A stretch of DNA of 64,000 nt from Giardia intestinalis (taxonomy: Eukaryota), in NCBI GenBank assembly GCA_000002435.2, contig CM018791.1; one strand, given 5' to 3'. A program made the position numbers and the translations under genes. Below, in pieces: positions 28,249 through 37,811 of this stretch (positions are counted from its first letter, which is position 1; every line of letters starts with the position of its first letter). A model generated the notes under the pieces. The model saw only the letters and a program-made list of their open reading frames with translations, had not been told where the DNA came from and searched no databases.

Positions 28249-31200
28249 ATGGTTATGGGCCGGCGCAGGCCTAAATATTATCTTTATATTGATGGATGTT
28301 ACTCCAAAAAGGGCCACGTGTGCTCCCTAAACAACAAAGCACTCAATCGACTGCTGGACTATGCAAGAACAACCTCCGAAAATATCTCCTTCATCTTTCA
28401 GTACCTCGGCAGTTGCACAAAGAAGTATGCTCACAAGAATAAAATACCCCATTTACAAGTCAGTTGCGAGGTGTACAAGCGCTTATTCTATGAATGCTTT
28501 TCATTTATATCCTCCAGCTGGTATACACTTCTCATAGATGTCTCTCTGTTTCTCTTAGCATCCTCTGGCTTCACTATCAGATGTATCGGGCTAGATCTCT
28601 TTGCCACGTTCTATGCAATCCCTATAAATATTTCCCAGATATCTCGTACAGTCAGTCAAGGTAGAAAGCTCACTACATCATCGCTTCAGTATATTGATTT
28701 ACCACTAGATAGGTCTGATGCAGTGGCTACCTTTCTTCGCAACAACCAGGAACGCTTGCTGCGTGGAATTAACAGCCTAGCGGCAAGCCTTACGCGATTC
28801 AATCCTGCATTTCCTTTTCTCGACATGCTCGCCATTCACTTTGCATCAACCCTTTGCTTCCTGTGGCTGTATTTTACATACTGTACATTGTTGTTGAACG
28901 TAGGTGAGGCCAACATCAACTACCGCAATCTAGCGGGCGCGCTTTTGGTTGCATATACAATTTCAAGGAATATCGGTGTACTTGATAATCTTGCAGGTGC
29001 AATCCAAGTTTCTATCAATAGTGGTCAGATACTACTCCAACGCAACGTAGAAATTCTATTAGACTATTACAATCTTTACCATAGAGTTCTGAGCAACGCT
29101 CTCAGCAACAAAGATGTCATGCTACGTGGCCCCATGGCTACTCCGCGTGGGTTACCCAGCAGCTTCGCGGAAACTGAAAAGGGCACCCCGTGGTCCAGTC
29201 TCCTCGCTGTGTTAGAGTGTTCCGCCGGTTTGTCTACTAATGCTATGGTGGTCAATGACATTAACTTCCTCTTCGACAAAGATCGGACTCGATCGTTTCC
29301 AGAACAAGGTGTCCTCTGCTACTGGCGTCTGATTATTAAATCTCTATCACTGGTATTCCAGGAGCAAGTGGAAGATGCAACTAAGCCTCTCCTTACAGAG
29401 GATAAAAGCTCTACCTCACTCATGTTGATTGAAAAGCCAGCGTCGGTACTGGACTCCAACGCAGCCCGTGTTCTAGCCCTTTTTTCGAAGACGCGTACTG
29501 AGATATTGTTTAGGTTGATTAATGGTGTCTCCGATGGTAGCCACGTTCTTGTACACGCACCGTCCATCTTCCACTGGGCTCAGCACCATATACTAACGTC
29601 TCGGGTTGTCTCGGCAACAATGCTTAGGCTTCTCGTTCTGGAACTAGTTAAGTTCCGCCAGATGTGCCTTTTGGCGGGGACCAACATACAGATCTCTAAT
29701 GTTTATTTGCACGGGATCGCAACAGTGCTCTTGATGGACTGTCCCTACGCGCTCTTTAATCTCATTTTGGCTATGATAATGTCGCAGCAATCCTCTAAAG
29801 ATATTGAGCCAGACGTGGTAAGACAGCTGTTTATTCACTGTGCCGAGCCTGATACTCTAGAGGCAAGCTTTTTGGCTGACTTTCTCCTCCCAGCTGACGC
29901 AGAGAAGGTGGTCAGCGATTCCTTGCTTCTTCAGATGCGTGATGATATCTCTATTATTGCAATCGAGCTTCTAGGAGCTCTCCCGTACCTAAATAACGAG
30001 CTATCACGAATTTTTCTCAAGCGCCTCTACAAGTTACTGTACCACCTGCGCACGTTTTTCTTTACTAAAATCATTGCGCTTGAGCCATCAGTTCAAGCTG
30101 CATACGACACTTTCTTATCTAAAATACATGATATGCTTCTTCAGCATGCAATGGTAATAGTTTCCTCTGGGTTTTCTAATGCGCAAATTCAACTAGACGT
30201 GATACTGAAAGCCCAAGTCAATAACCTATCACTCAGTACAGAAATGGAGAGGCGAGAATTTCCTCAGGGCAGTACTGATAGACTCCATGATGAGCCCTCC
30301 AACCAAAGCAAGTGCACTGCTGTTCGGCAAGCAGATAAGCACAAGAGACTTACTAGTACCTTAACAAATATGACTTTATACGACCACAGAGTATCTTGTA
30401 CCGACGATGCTGACCTATTAAGCTTTACATCTCTTCAGTCGTTGCAGTCAAAGTGTGGTCAATACGACTCACGACCATATATTTTTGAGTGCATAAAGGC
30501 TTCTCGTTTCTGGGAAGTATTAATAACAGTTACTTCCAGCTGTTTTCGTGACAGGCTTTCTAACGTTAAGTATGGGGTAGACCATTTAGTCACTGACTTC
30601 CTCTGCTGCTCGTGCTTCCGAGCGCTTGTCAACATTCTTCACGAATCACCTTCAAGTAACTATGCTTGCCCTCCCACTCTAACGATTAGAAGGCCGTCAT
30701 CTTCAGCACACGTCCATCCTTACAGTCCCTTTGAGTCCAATATTACTAACTCGGCTTTTTTTCACGATGCCTCAGTCAACTTGTTTGAACAAATGCCATT
30801 TCAAGACCATGAGGTGAGTGCTGGGGCGTATTATAACACTGGAGATCCTAACGATACTACTGATAATGCTGGGTCAAGCCTTTCTCTAGGGAAATCAACT
30901 ATAAGTGTAATAGGATCTCAGGCCGTGCGCCTTTCGGCTTACTTGACTGCTATTTCGATGACGCCACTTGAGCCTCAGGCGCCCTCCCAGTCAATAAAAG
31001 ACGAGCCTTATCATACTCTGGCATTTGCTGCAAAGAACCGTGAGCCAGGGATAGATATACCCCAAGCGTTTCTGGCACAGCAGGAAACAGGTTCCTCGGA
31101 GCCTGCACTGCTTCGCTCACCAATAAGCACGTATACCCTTATTGCAACGATTCTTTCGGAGACAACCCTTATGAAGACGCTACTCTCTTGTGTGCGGGGG

Positions 31201-33522
31201 CAGGCCATCTTTTATTTGCTGCTCATTTACAGCAATCTGATGGGAGACGTGTTACGGCTAAATGCAAATCAAGGAGGCTTTTTATCTATCGACTTTTGGA
31301 AGGCCTTCAGCCATCTTGTAGGGAATCTCCTCACAGGAGGAACCTTTACCCACAGGTACCACGAAGGCTCTACTAGCTCGAGAGCTATCCCTGTCTTCCT
31401 TTTATATGAAAACGCGCTCAGAGCAAAGGACTCGAAGCAAATAGCCTCTGACCATGATTCGGATCTTGGATCTGCACCTGCCCCAATGCCCTCTGCAGAT
31501 TCCTCTCTGGGTGAACTAGAGGCTTTTAGGAATGCTTTGTTTATGGACAACAAGACATGCAGTCTACGTCCCTATGCACTGTCTATCTTTGAGCGTGTCT
31601 TAGAGGAATTACCTAAGACGTCTAGCTATGATATTCTACCACACATTATTCATACTGTATACCCCGATGCAGTTATACCCTTGCCACTTGGATACACTCT
31701 GGGCATAATCCTGGCCTCCAGCCCTGCCTTTGACGAGACCCCCACCGCTGCTAAGTGGGGCTCCATCCCACTCCCATCCGTCTCCGTGACTGACCAAATA
31801 TCATCTGGTTTCCCTTTCGTTAAGCATAGTAGCCTAGAGAGGAGTACCGCCTCCAACACTACCTTAGATGATGGCTACTTTTCAGACTATGGTTGTTTGA
31901 ACGCTATCAGGAAGGATATGCGTACACAACCCTATGCATTACTATCTAAGAGCATATATGAATCTGTGACTCAACTACGTCGGTCGATTTCGACTGTTAA
32001 TAACGCATCTTTCGCTGTTACAAAATCTAGTCTCAAGAAGAGCCCAACTAAGGACATTGTATCTGACCCTGTTCTGCAAGTGAGTGGTCGGGTTAACGAT
32101 GATAGCTACATATCTAGAAGCCTTCTAACAGGCATAGATACCAATTATTCTCGCCTACCACATGGAAGCAGTTCTCTCTCTTCCTCTGCAAGAGGGTCTA
32201 CCGATAAATCATTTTCTGTTGAGGCTCTTCAAGAGAACGTTATGTTAATTGCAAAAACCTACGTTTCGCTAGTGACAGTGATTTCCTTCGCTAAGACTAG
32301 TGGCAGAGAGCTTATCAATGACTTGTATGTGAAGGTACCGCTGTCTACCATTGCCCTCTGGATCTTTCACAATAAGGCAGTATCCGGAGACTCTGTTCTT
32401 GCTTGCTTTATCATATTATTCATATACATTTGTGGTAGAGATCCACCTGATGATAATGCGCTTTTCCTTGCTTGCCAGCGCCCCCCACTTCACCTGAAAA
32501 AGGATACACTCACAGGCGACCCCTCCTTCAAGGTGATGCTGCCCGGACCATCGCCCACTGTAGATTCTAAGCCGAGGCATGGCAAGTGGACAGACATGTT
32601 TGAACTGTCCGAGGTTAAAGCGTTTATCACTGAATTATGTAAGCGATACAAGACGCTGAGGTACTTCTTCCGAACGAACGTTTCCAAGCTTTTGTCTGTC
32701 CTTTTCGAGGCGTTGTATAAGCATGCAGAGCTTTCGGGGAAGTTGGACAGCTATGTCATCGACGGCCTTTCCGCTCTCAGCTCTCGTATGACTATATGCT
32801 GCAGCTTTCTAGATTGCACGGACCGTACACATCTCGAAACGCTCATTTTATCCACTCCGCCGCACGTAGGTTGGGAGGAGCTTTTGCGTTTAGCTGAGAA
32901 GCTGTCAAAGCTACGGGTCTCGTCTGCAGAAGCATATTTCAAACAACTAGAGGACTCAGGAGATTACTTCAATTTTAGTGAGGAGGCAAGAGTCATCCGG
33001 AACAAGCTTATGTCCGGATCCATCTACCGGGCAGATAACCCAATTAGTCTTTCTAAGCTCTACTTTGAGTACTACCTCCTCCCTGGTATGGTAGTAAAAA
33101 GGATGCTTATAGATCAGCTCTCCTGTGTAGGCACGATCATTACTCAACCCTCCGTCGAGTTTGTCAACTCCTCTTCTCTCCTGTTAGACAAGAGCTTTCC
33201 AACGTACGTACTACCTAACAAGCGGTCTCTTATCAACGAGATGTTAGGCAGGGTCGCGAAGCTACCGTTTAACAATCCCCTCTACATCCTCTCTATTCTC
33301 ACAGGTCTGGAACTCACGTTCCAGCTCTCAGGCGAGCTTTATGCCTACGCCAATTTACAGATAACTGAGGCGAGACACACACAGACAACCGACAAAGCGT
33401 TCCCGCAAGTACCCCCTCGTGATGCCATACTTTCATCCATTCCTATAGAAGCCAGTGATTACACCTTAGCTCAGGAGACCTACGCATTTATCCTCAGCTT
33501 TGGCTCTCAAACCAGTGACTAG
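28249..33522 (+). CDS. Large hypothetical protein (about 1757 aa).
   Basis: The ORF-track start at 28225 is a GTG. The first ATG is at 28249 ('MVMGRRRPKYY...'), preceded by the AT-rich 'cttttattaatgcagtgaaaatagtaaaag'. The frame stays open to a TAG at 33520-33522. No family recognised. Confidence 0.75.
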   Translation: MVMGRRRPKYYLYIDGCYSKKGHVCSLNNKALNRLLDYARTTSENISFIFQYLGSCTKKYAHKNKIPHLQVSCEVYKRLFYECFSFISSSWYTLLIDVSLFLLASSGFTIRCIGLDLFATFYAIPINISQISRTVSQGRKLTTSSLQYIDLPLDRSDAVATFLRNNQERLLRGINSLAASLTRFNPAFPFLDMLAIHFASTLCFLWLYFTYCTLLLNVGEANINYRNLAGALLVAYTISRNIGVLDNLAGAIQVSINSGQILLQRNVEILLDYYNLYHRVLSNALSNKDVMLRGPMATPRGLPSSFAETEKGTPWSSLLAVLECSAGLSTNAMVVNDINFLFDKDRTRSFPEQGVLCYWRLIIKSLSLVFQEQVEDATKPLLTEDKSSTSLMLIEKPASVLDSNAARVLALFSKTRTEILFRLINGVSDGSHVLVHAPSIFHWAQHHILTSRVVSATMLRLLVLELVKFRQMCLLAGTNIQISNVYLHGIATVLLMDCPYALFNLILAMIMSQQSSKDIEPDVVRQLFIHCAEPDTLEASFLADFLLPADAEKVVSDSLLLQMRDDISIIAIELLGALPYLNNELSRIFLKRLYKLLYHLRTFFFTKIIALEPSVQAAYDTFLSKIHDMLLQHAMVIVSSGFSNAQIQLDVILKAQVNNLSLSTEMERREFPQGSTDRLHDEPSNQSKCTAVRQADKHKRLTSTLTNMTLYDHRVSCTDDADLLSFTSLQSLQSKCGQYDSRPYIFECIKASRFWEVLITVTSSCFRDRLSNVKYGVDHLVTDFLCCSCFRALVNILHESPSSNYACPPTLTIRRPSSSAHVHPYSPFESNITNSAFFHDASVNLFEQMPFQDHEVSAGAYYNTGDPNDTTDNAGSSLSLGKSTISVIGSQAVRLSAYLTAISMTPLEPQAPSQSIKDEPYHTLAFAAKNREPGIDIPQAFLAQQETGSSEPALLRSPISTYTLIATILSETTLMKTLLSCVRGQAIFYLLLIYSNLMGDVLRLNANQGGFLSIDFWKAFSHLVGNLLTGGTFTHRYHEGSTSSRAIPVFLLYENALRAKDSKQIASDHDSDLGSAPAPMPSADSSLGELEAFRNALFMDNKTCSLRPYALSIFERVLEELPKTSSYDILPHIIHTVYPDAVIPLPLGYTLGIILASSPAFDETPTAAKWGSIPLPSVSVTDQISSGFPFVKHSSLERSTASNTTLDDGYFSDYGCLNAIRKDMRTQPYALLSKSIYESVTQLRRSISTVNNASFAVTKSSLKKSPTKDIVSDPVLQVSGRVNDDSYISRSLLTGIDTNYSRLPHGSSSLSSSARGSTDKSFSVEALQENVMLIAKTYVSLVTVISFAKTSGRELINDLYVKVPLSTIALWIFHNKAVSGDSVLACFIILFIYICGRDPPDDNALFLACQRPPLHLKKDTLTGDPSFKVMLPGPSPTVDSKPRHGKWTDMFELSEVKAFITELCKRYKTLRYFFRTNVSKLLSVLFEALYKHAELSGKLDSYVIDGLSALSSRMTICCSFLDCTDRTHLETLILSTPPHVGWEELLRLAEKLSKLRVSSAEAYFKQLEDSGDYFNFSEEARVIRNKLMSGSIYRADNPISLSKLYFEYYLLPGMVVKRMLIDQLSCVGTIITQPSVEFVNSSSLLLDKSFPTYVLPNKRSLINEMLGRVAKLPFNNPLYILSILTGLELTFQLSGELYAYANLQITEARHTQTTDKAFPQVPPRDAILSSIPIEASDYTLAQETYAFILSFGSQTSD

Positions 33523-33742
33523 TAAGGCTAGTCCAATCGGGATTTTAGGATTTAGAACTTTTCATCGAAACCAGATTGCAGTATCACGCAGCCTTAGAAA
33601 ATAAAGTATTAATATAAGTATTAGCAAAATCCTGAAAAGAAGTTCAAAATGGTTCCCGTCTGCCCGAAGTCCTGGAGTGTCACTTGTTGACGATTCCTCC
33701 GTCTCTTTGGCCGAGTCGGACGGTCTCCCCGGACGGGCATGT

Positions 33743-35587
33743 CTACATAAACCCCCGAAAAAGCTGTGATATGTCCATACCTATACCACCTCCACCAGTG
33801 GTACAGTGGACCTTGAACTGGACATTGCCTGACCGGCCGCCCATGCCGCCCATCCTCGAGAACATATTGAAGATCTGGGAGACGTCCATCCCGGCCATGC
33901 TGCCCATATCCATACTCATGCCACCGCCAGCACTTCCAGCAGCAGGGTTCCCACCGGCCTCATAGATCTGCCGCTTCTGGGGGTTCTTGAGCACTTCGTC
34001 AGCCTCTTGGAGCTTTCTGAACTTCAGTTGAGCAAAGCGCTTCTTGACGGGATCTCTGTGTCGATCAGGGTGCCACTTGAGACAAGCCTTTTTGTAAGCA
34101 CTAGCATATTCCTGAGATGACGGGTCAACCGACTTACCCACCCCAAGCATTTTATAGTAATCGGGTCGCGCATACTTTTCTGCGCCACTCTGACAAGACT
34201 TTGCGAGTTCTTGGCAGCCCTTGGTGTCTGCCTCGTTTATTGAAACAGCTATACCACACTCGCGGATGCACTCCAGATACATGCTCTGGTCCTTGTAGAT
34301 ATTCGCTGCACGCACATGTGCCTTGTAATACGTGGGATCGAGAAGGGACGCAGCCCTCAAGTAGGAGAGAGCGCTTCCATTGTCGCCTAGCTTGTTGAGC
34401 GTCATCCCCAAGTTGCTAGTGATGATAGCAGCGTTTGCTCGCAATGCAAGAAAGAGAAGGGCAAGAGGACCCTTGATGGTGTCTGCCTCCAAGAGAGCAG
34501 GCTGAACAATGCCTGCTAGCCCAGCACTGAAGGCGTCAAATGCGGCCTTGTGCTGATTGTTTTTGAAAGAATTAGAACCTTGTTCTTTTTTAGTCAAGAA
34601 CTGTGCGTAGCCCGCTGAGAGCTTCGACAGACCATAGTTAGTTCCAGAGTTCTGATCGATCTGAGCAGCCTGATTCAAAGCGGCGCTCACCTGTTCTGGA
34701 GACGCGTTGGAAAGTAGCAAAAGCGCCACAGTGAATATTGCATACTCAGTCGATTGCTTCGCTTTGATCGCTGTTAGCTCCTTTTTCGCAATTCCCAAGT
34801 AGTCTGGGAGGGGCTTAGCATTACCCTTGTCATCCATCTCCTGACCAGGATACGGGTCCATGCCGACTCGGATGCCGACCAAGCAAAAATCTCGGAGGCA
34901 GATGAGAAGGAGATAGTAATAGACTGTCAATAAGGGATCGCTCCGAAAGCCCAGCATAACTGTAGTGCTAAACTTGTAGTCACTAGACAACTGGTTATAC
35001 ATAGCTGTCACATGCTCGCGTATCACGTAGATGGCCTCTGTGATCTCACAGTTGGCCAGGTCCGCCTCGTCTTCCTTGGCCTCGTCTTTGTGGCGCTCTT
35101 CGGTGCTATACGTCAGCGTCTTCTTCCGCGACACGTTGGCAGCCATCTCAATCCATTCGCGTGCAAGAGAAATGGCCGCAGCGTTGAGATGGTCCTCAAA
35201 CCTGGCGTTATCGCTGCAGGCTAGGGCCTGACACTTCTGGGCATCGTCGAGAAGGTTGTGATGCTTCGTGCTGCTCTCTGCATTGTAGACCTCCTGGGCA
35301 TAGCGAACAGCGTCGTCGCCCTGACCAAGCTTAATAAGTGCCTCTACGTGTCTGGCCTTCCCTTTAATGTATCCAGGATCTAGTTGTACAGAGCGCGTCG
35401 TGTCCTCCAGAGCCTTCTGCCAAAGCTGTAGCTTCATGTAACAAGCAGCCCTGTTGGAGTAGTAGATAGCCGAGGGGACCAGGTTTATCGCGTTGGTGTA
35501 AAGGGATATCGCGTTCTGGTACTGTCCACTTGCATACGCCGTGTTGGCCTTCGCCTTGAACTCTTCTGCCTTCGCTTCCTTCGACAT
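33743..35587 (-). CDS. TPR-repeat plus J-domain co-chaperone (DnaJ subfamily C, DNAJC7/p58IPK-like).
   Basis: ATG confirmed. N-terminal TPR repeats ('AEEFKAKANTAYASGQYQNAISLYTNAINL...'). C-terminal J domain 'DYYKMLGVGKSVDPSSQEYASAYKKACLKWHPDRHRDPVKKRFAQLKFRKLQEADEVLKNPQKRQIY' with an HPD motif, followed by a Gly/Met-rich tail. Confidence 0.8.
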   Translation of the reverse strand: MSKEAKAEEFKAKANTAYASGQYQNAISLYTNAINLVPSAIYYSNRAACYMKLQLWQKALEDTTRSVQLDPGYIKGKARHVEALIKLGQGDDAVRYAQEVYNAESSTKHHNLLDDAQKCQALACSDNARFEDHLNAAAISLAREWIEMAANVSRKKTLTYSTEERHKDEAKEDEADLANCEITEAIYVIREHVTAMYNQLSSDYKFSTTVMLGFRSDPLLTVYYYLLLICLRDFCLVGIRVGMDPYPGQEMDDKGNAKPLPDYLGIAKKELTAIKAKQSTEYAIFTVALLLLSNASPEQVSAALNQAAQIDQNSGTNYGLSKLSAGYAQFLTKKEQGSNSFKNNQHKAAFDAFSAGLAGIVQPALLEADTIKGPLALLFLALRANAAIITSNLGMTLNKLGDNGSALSYLRAASLLDPTYYKAHVRAANIYKDQSMYLECIRECGIAVSINEADTKGCQELAKSCQSGAEKYARPDYYKMLGVGKSVDPSSQEYASAYKKACLKWHPDRHRDPVKKRFAQLKFRKLQEADEVLKNPQKRQIYEAGGNPAAGSAGGGMSMDMGSMAGMDVSQIFNMFSRMGGMGGRSGNVQFKVHCTTGGGGIGMDISQLFRGFM

Positions 35588-35741
35588 TTCACTTTTCTAT
35601 TTCTCATCTATCGCAATAAATTTGAATCAATTATTAAAATCAATTTCCATTGTAATTACTAATTGCAATTCAAATATGGATGACCAACCGACTTCCATTC
35701 CATCTTACACTTTTTTATGATTTCTGGTTTTTCATTTCTGC
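35588..35741. promoter_or_regulatory. AT-rich bidirectional promoter region between the divergent genes 33743..35587 (-) and 35742..37751 (+).
   Basis: 154 bp, strongly AT-rich ('aataaatttgaatcaattattaaaatcaatttccattgtaattactaattgcaattcaaat'). Confidence 0.6.
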
Positions 35742-37751
35742 ATGTCTATGCCGCCTGGCATTGCTGACCTGGATGAAAGCGTAGACGCGCCGCTTAGCCA
35801 CGCTACGGATCAGGATGCTGCATCTGGTATCAAGCTGGACGATAGGGCTGAAGAAGAGCAGCTTAGTCGGTCAGATCCACCCACAATGGAGCCTGCCCCC
35901 CCGGCGGGTTCTGGTAGTAGAACAGGTACACCTGTTGATGCGGCTGTCTATGATAAGATGACTGTACGATCGGCTCAGCCTTCTTTCGAGGAGGTTTCGG
36001 TGAATAAGAACACTTTGGTTAACCTGCTCCGAGCTCTTTCATATTCTTACAAATCTGCTGAGTCGCTCCGCCTAATAACTGGTCTTGTTGTGGAAGGCTT
36101 CCATCTTCAAGGGATACGACAGCTGAAGTCGAGCTCTTCAAAAGCTATTAGCCCCGAGATGCTTAAAGCGGTGTACGCAGATATAGGTGAGATGTCTATA
36201 TTACGACCCCCGCCACTGGTGGCAGAGCTCACTGCCTCTCGGAGGGAGGGGAAGCTATTAGACACACTCTATGAGCATATCCTGACAAGCTACCTTGAGC
36301 TGCTTCAGCAAATAAGTTGCTTCAAGAATGCACGCGAAGATATCCTGTTAACCCTTGGGAAGTCCGCAGATATAAATCTAGAAACTCCAATAGAAGAGAT
36401 TGCAGACGAAATTATAAAATTAAAAGGCCTTCCAGACTACAGCGATGGCAAATTCATTCTCGTGGGACCTTCTGCAGTTAGTGCACTGGATATTGTCAGG
36501 AAAAGCGATAACCTAACTGACGCGCAGCATGAAAATGAGATGCTCCGCGCGACCATTGATTCATTGAGGAAGGAATTGTCGGAGTCTGCTAACGCTGCGA
36601 CCCTAATGCGAAGGGAGACTGCAAATGGCACGATGGAGGCAGAAAAACTTAAGGTAGAGTTAGAGAAGCTTCGGGCGCAGAACCAGCGCCTAAAGCATGT
36701 GGCAGACGACGCAAAGGCAGAGACAGCGGCAACACGCACAAGCAACGCAGCACTGCGCCAGCAGCTCGAGGCTTTGAAGACAACAAGTACTACTGTTGCT
36801 GGGGAACCTTCTAAATCGAATCAAAGCACAGCAAAGCCCCGTAGTAAGTCAGCACGCGATGCTAATGACCTCCTTACGACTGCTGACCTGAGCCACACTG
36901 GAACAGGATATACAGGACCACCATCTCATGCAGCAGCTCGGCAACACAGGCCTTCGCGACCAGCAAGTGCGACACAGCAGCGTATCCTTTCTGGAAAGGT
37001 CGCTCCGGCGCGTGTAGAAATAAATAACTCAAGCTACTACGCCATACACGGGCAGAACGGAGAGGTGAACAACACTGGAATACCCACAACAACGGCACGT
37101 GTCGTGAAGAGAAGTGTGGCTGTCACAGACAATTGCCTAGTGTGCATCGGTCCGCGGCACTCTTCTCCGTCAGCTAGGTCAAAAAGCCCACAGAGATACA
37201 TACAAGACATGAAAGCTACTAGTCCTGAAGTTCGCAAACTTGCTTCGGTCCCTGGTAACACTCGCATCGGCAAAAATAATCAGTTGTGCAGCTCGTACTA
37301 CGAGTCGCAGAGGGCAGTGACACCTAATAAGAAGTCAACCCAGGCTGGTCCCGTGTCCAAAACTACACCAAGGAGACCAACTAGTTCACGGCCACAGGTC
37401 TCATCAGCAAGAACGCCTGTAGCTAAGACACCGTCACGTGATCAGCACTATTCTCAGACGACCCATAGCAAGGGCGCTACGAAAATGTATACATCCGTTA
37501 TGCCCTTGGACGGCACCAGAACTCCCCGCAGCAAAACACCGGTAGATGACCTGTACAACCAAATAGACCGTCTCTCTGTTGAGCTGGCAGCAGAAAAGGA
37601 AAAAAGACATGTTCTTCTGGACGAAAATAGAAACCTGAAAAGCACTCTAACATCAATGGAGCGTCAAACTAGGCAGCAAATGAACAACATTGAATCCAAG
37701 TATCGTGCTATTCTGGAGCACACTATAAAGAAGCTGACAAATCGTGCATAG
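35742..37751 (+). CDS. Hypothetical coiled-coil protein with a basic S/T/P-rich region.
   Basis: ATG confirmed. Heptad-like segment 'LRATIDSLRKELSES...EAEKLKVELEKLRAQNQRLKHVADDAKAETAATR...LRQQLEALK' and a second coiled-coil near the C-terminus. Low-complexity basic region between them. Confidence 0.7.
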   Translation: MSMPPGIADLDESVDAPLSHATDQDAASGIKLDDRAEEEQLSRSDPPTMEPAPPAGSGSRTGTPVDAAVYDKMTVRSAQPSFEEVSVNKNTLVNLLRALSYSYKSAESLRLITGLVVEGFHLQGIRQLKSSSSKAISPEMLKAVYADIGEMSILRPPPLVAELTASRREGKLLDTLYEHILTSYLELLQQISCFKNAREDILLTLGKSADINLETPIEEIADEIIKLKGLPDYSDGKFILVGPSAVSALDIVRKSDNLTDAQHENEMLRATIDSLRKELSESANAATLMRRETANGTMEAEKLKVELEKLRAQNQRLKHVADDAKAETAATRTSNAALRQQLEALKTTSTTVAGEPSKSNQSTAKPRSKSARDANDLLTTADLSHTGTGYTGPPSHAAARQHRPSRPASATQQRILSGKVAPARVEINNSSYYAIHGQNGEVNNTGIPTTTARVVKRSVAVTDNCLVCIGPRHSSPSARSKSPQRYIQDMKATSPEVRKLASVPGNTRIGKNNQLCSSYYESQRAVTPNKKSTQAGPVSKTTPRRPTSSRPQVSSARTPVAKTPSRDQHYSQTTHSKGATKMYTSVMPLDGTRTPRSKTPVDDLYNQIDRLSVELAAEKEKRHVLLDENRNLKSTLTSMERQTRQQMNNIESKYRAILEHTIKKLTNRA

Positions 37752-37778
37752 GGCGTTCAAATTTCCCCTGTCAGCCGA

Positions 37779-37785
37779 AGTAAAT
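37779..37785 (+). promoter_or_regulatory. Putative poly(A) signal AGTAAAT for the gene 35742..37751, inside a 60-bp intergenic region.
   Basis: 'ccgaAGTAAATgg' lies 28 nt after the TAG stop. It is followed by the AT-rich 'ttacaatttaaatagaatttc' immediately upstream of the CCT zeta ATG. Confidence 0.5.
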
Positions 37786-37811
37786 GGTTCTTACAATTTA
37801 AATAGAATTTC

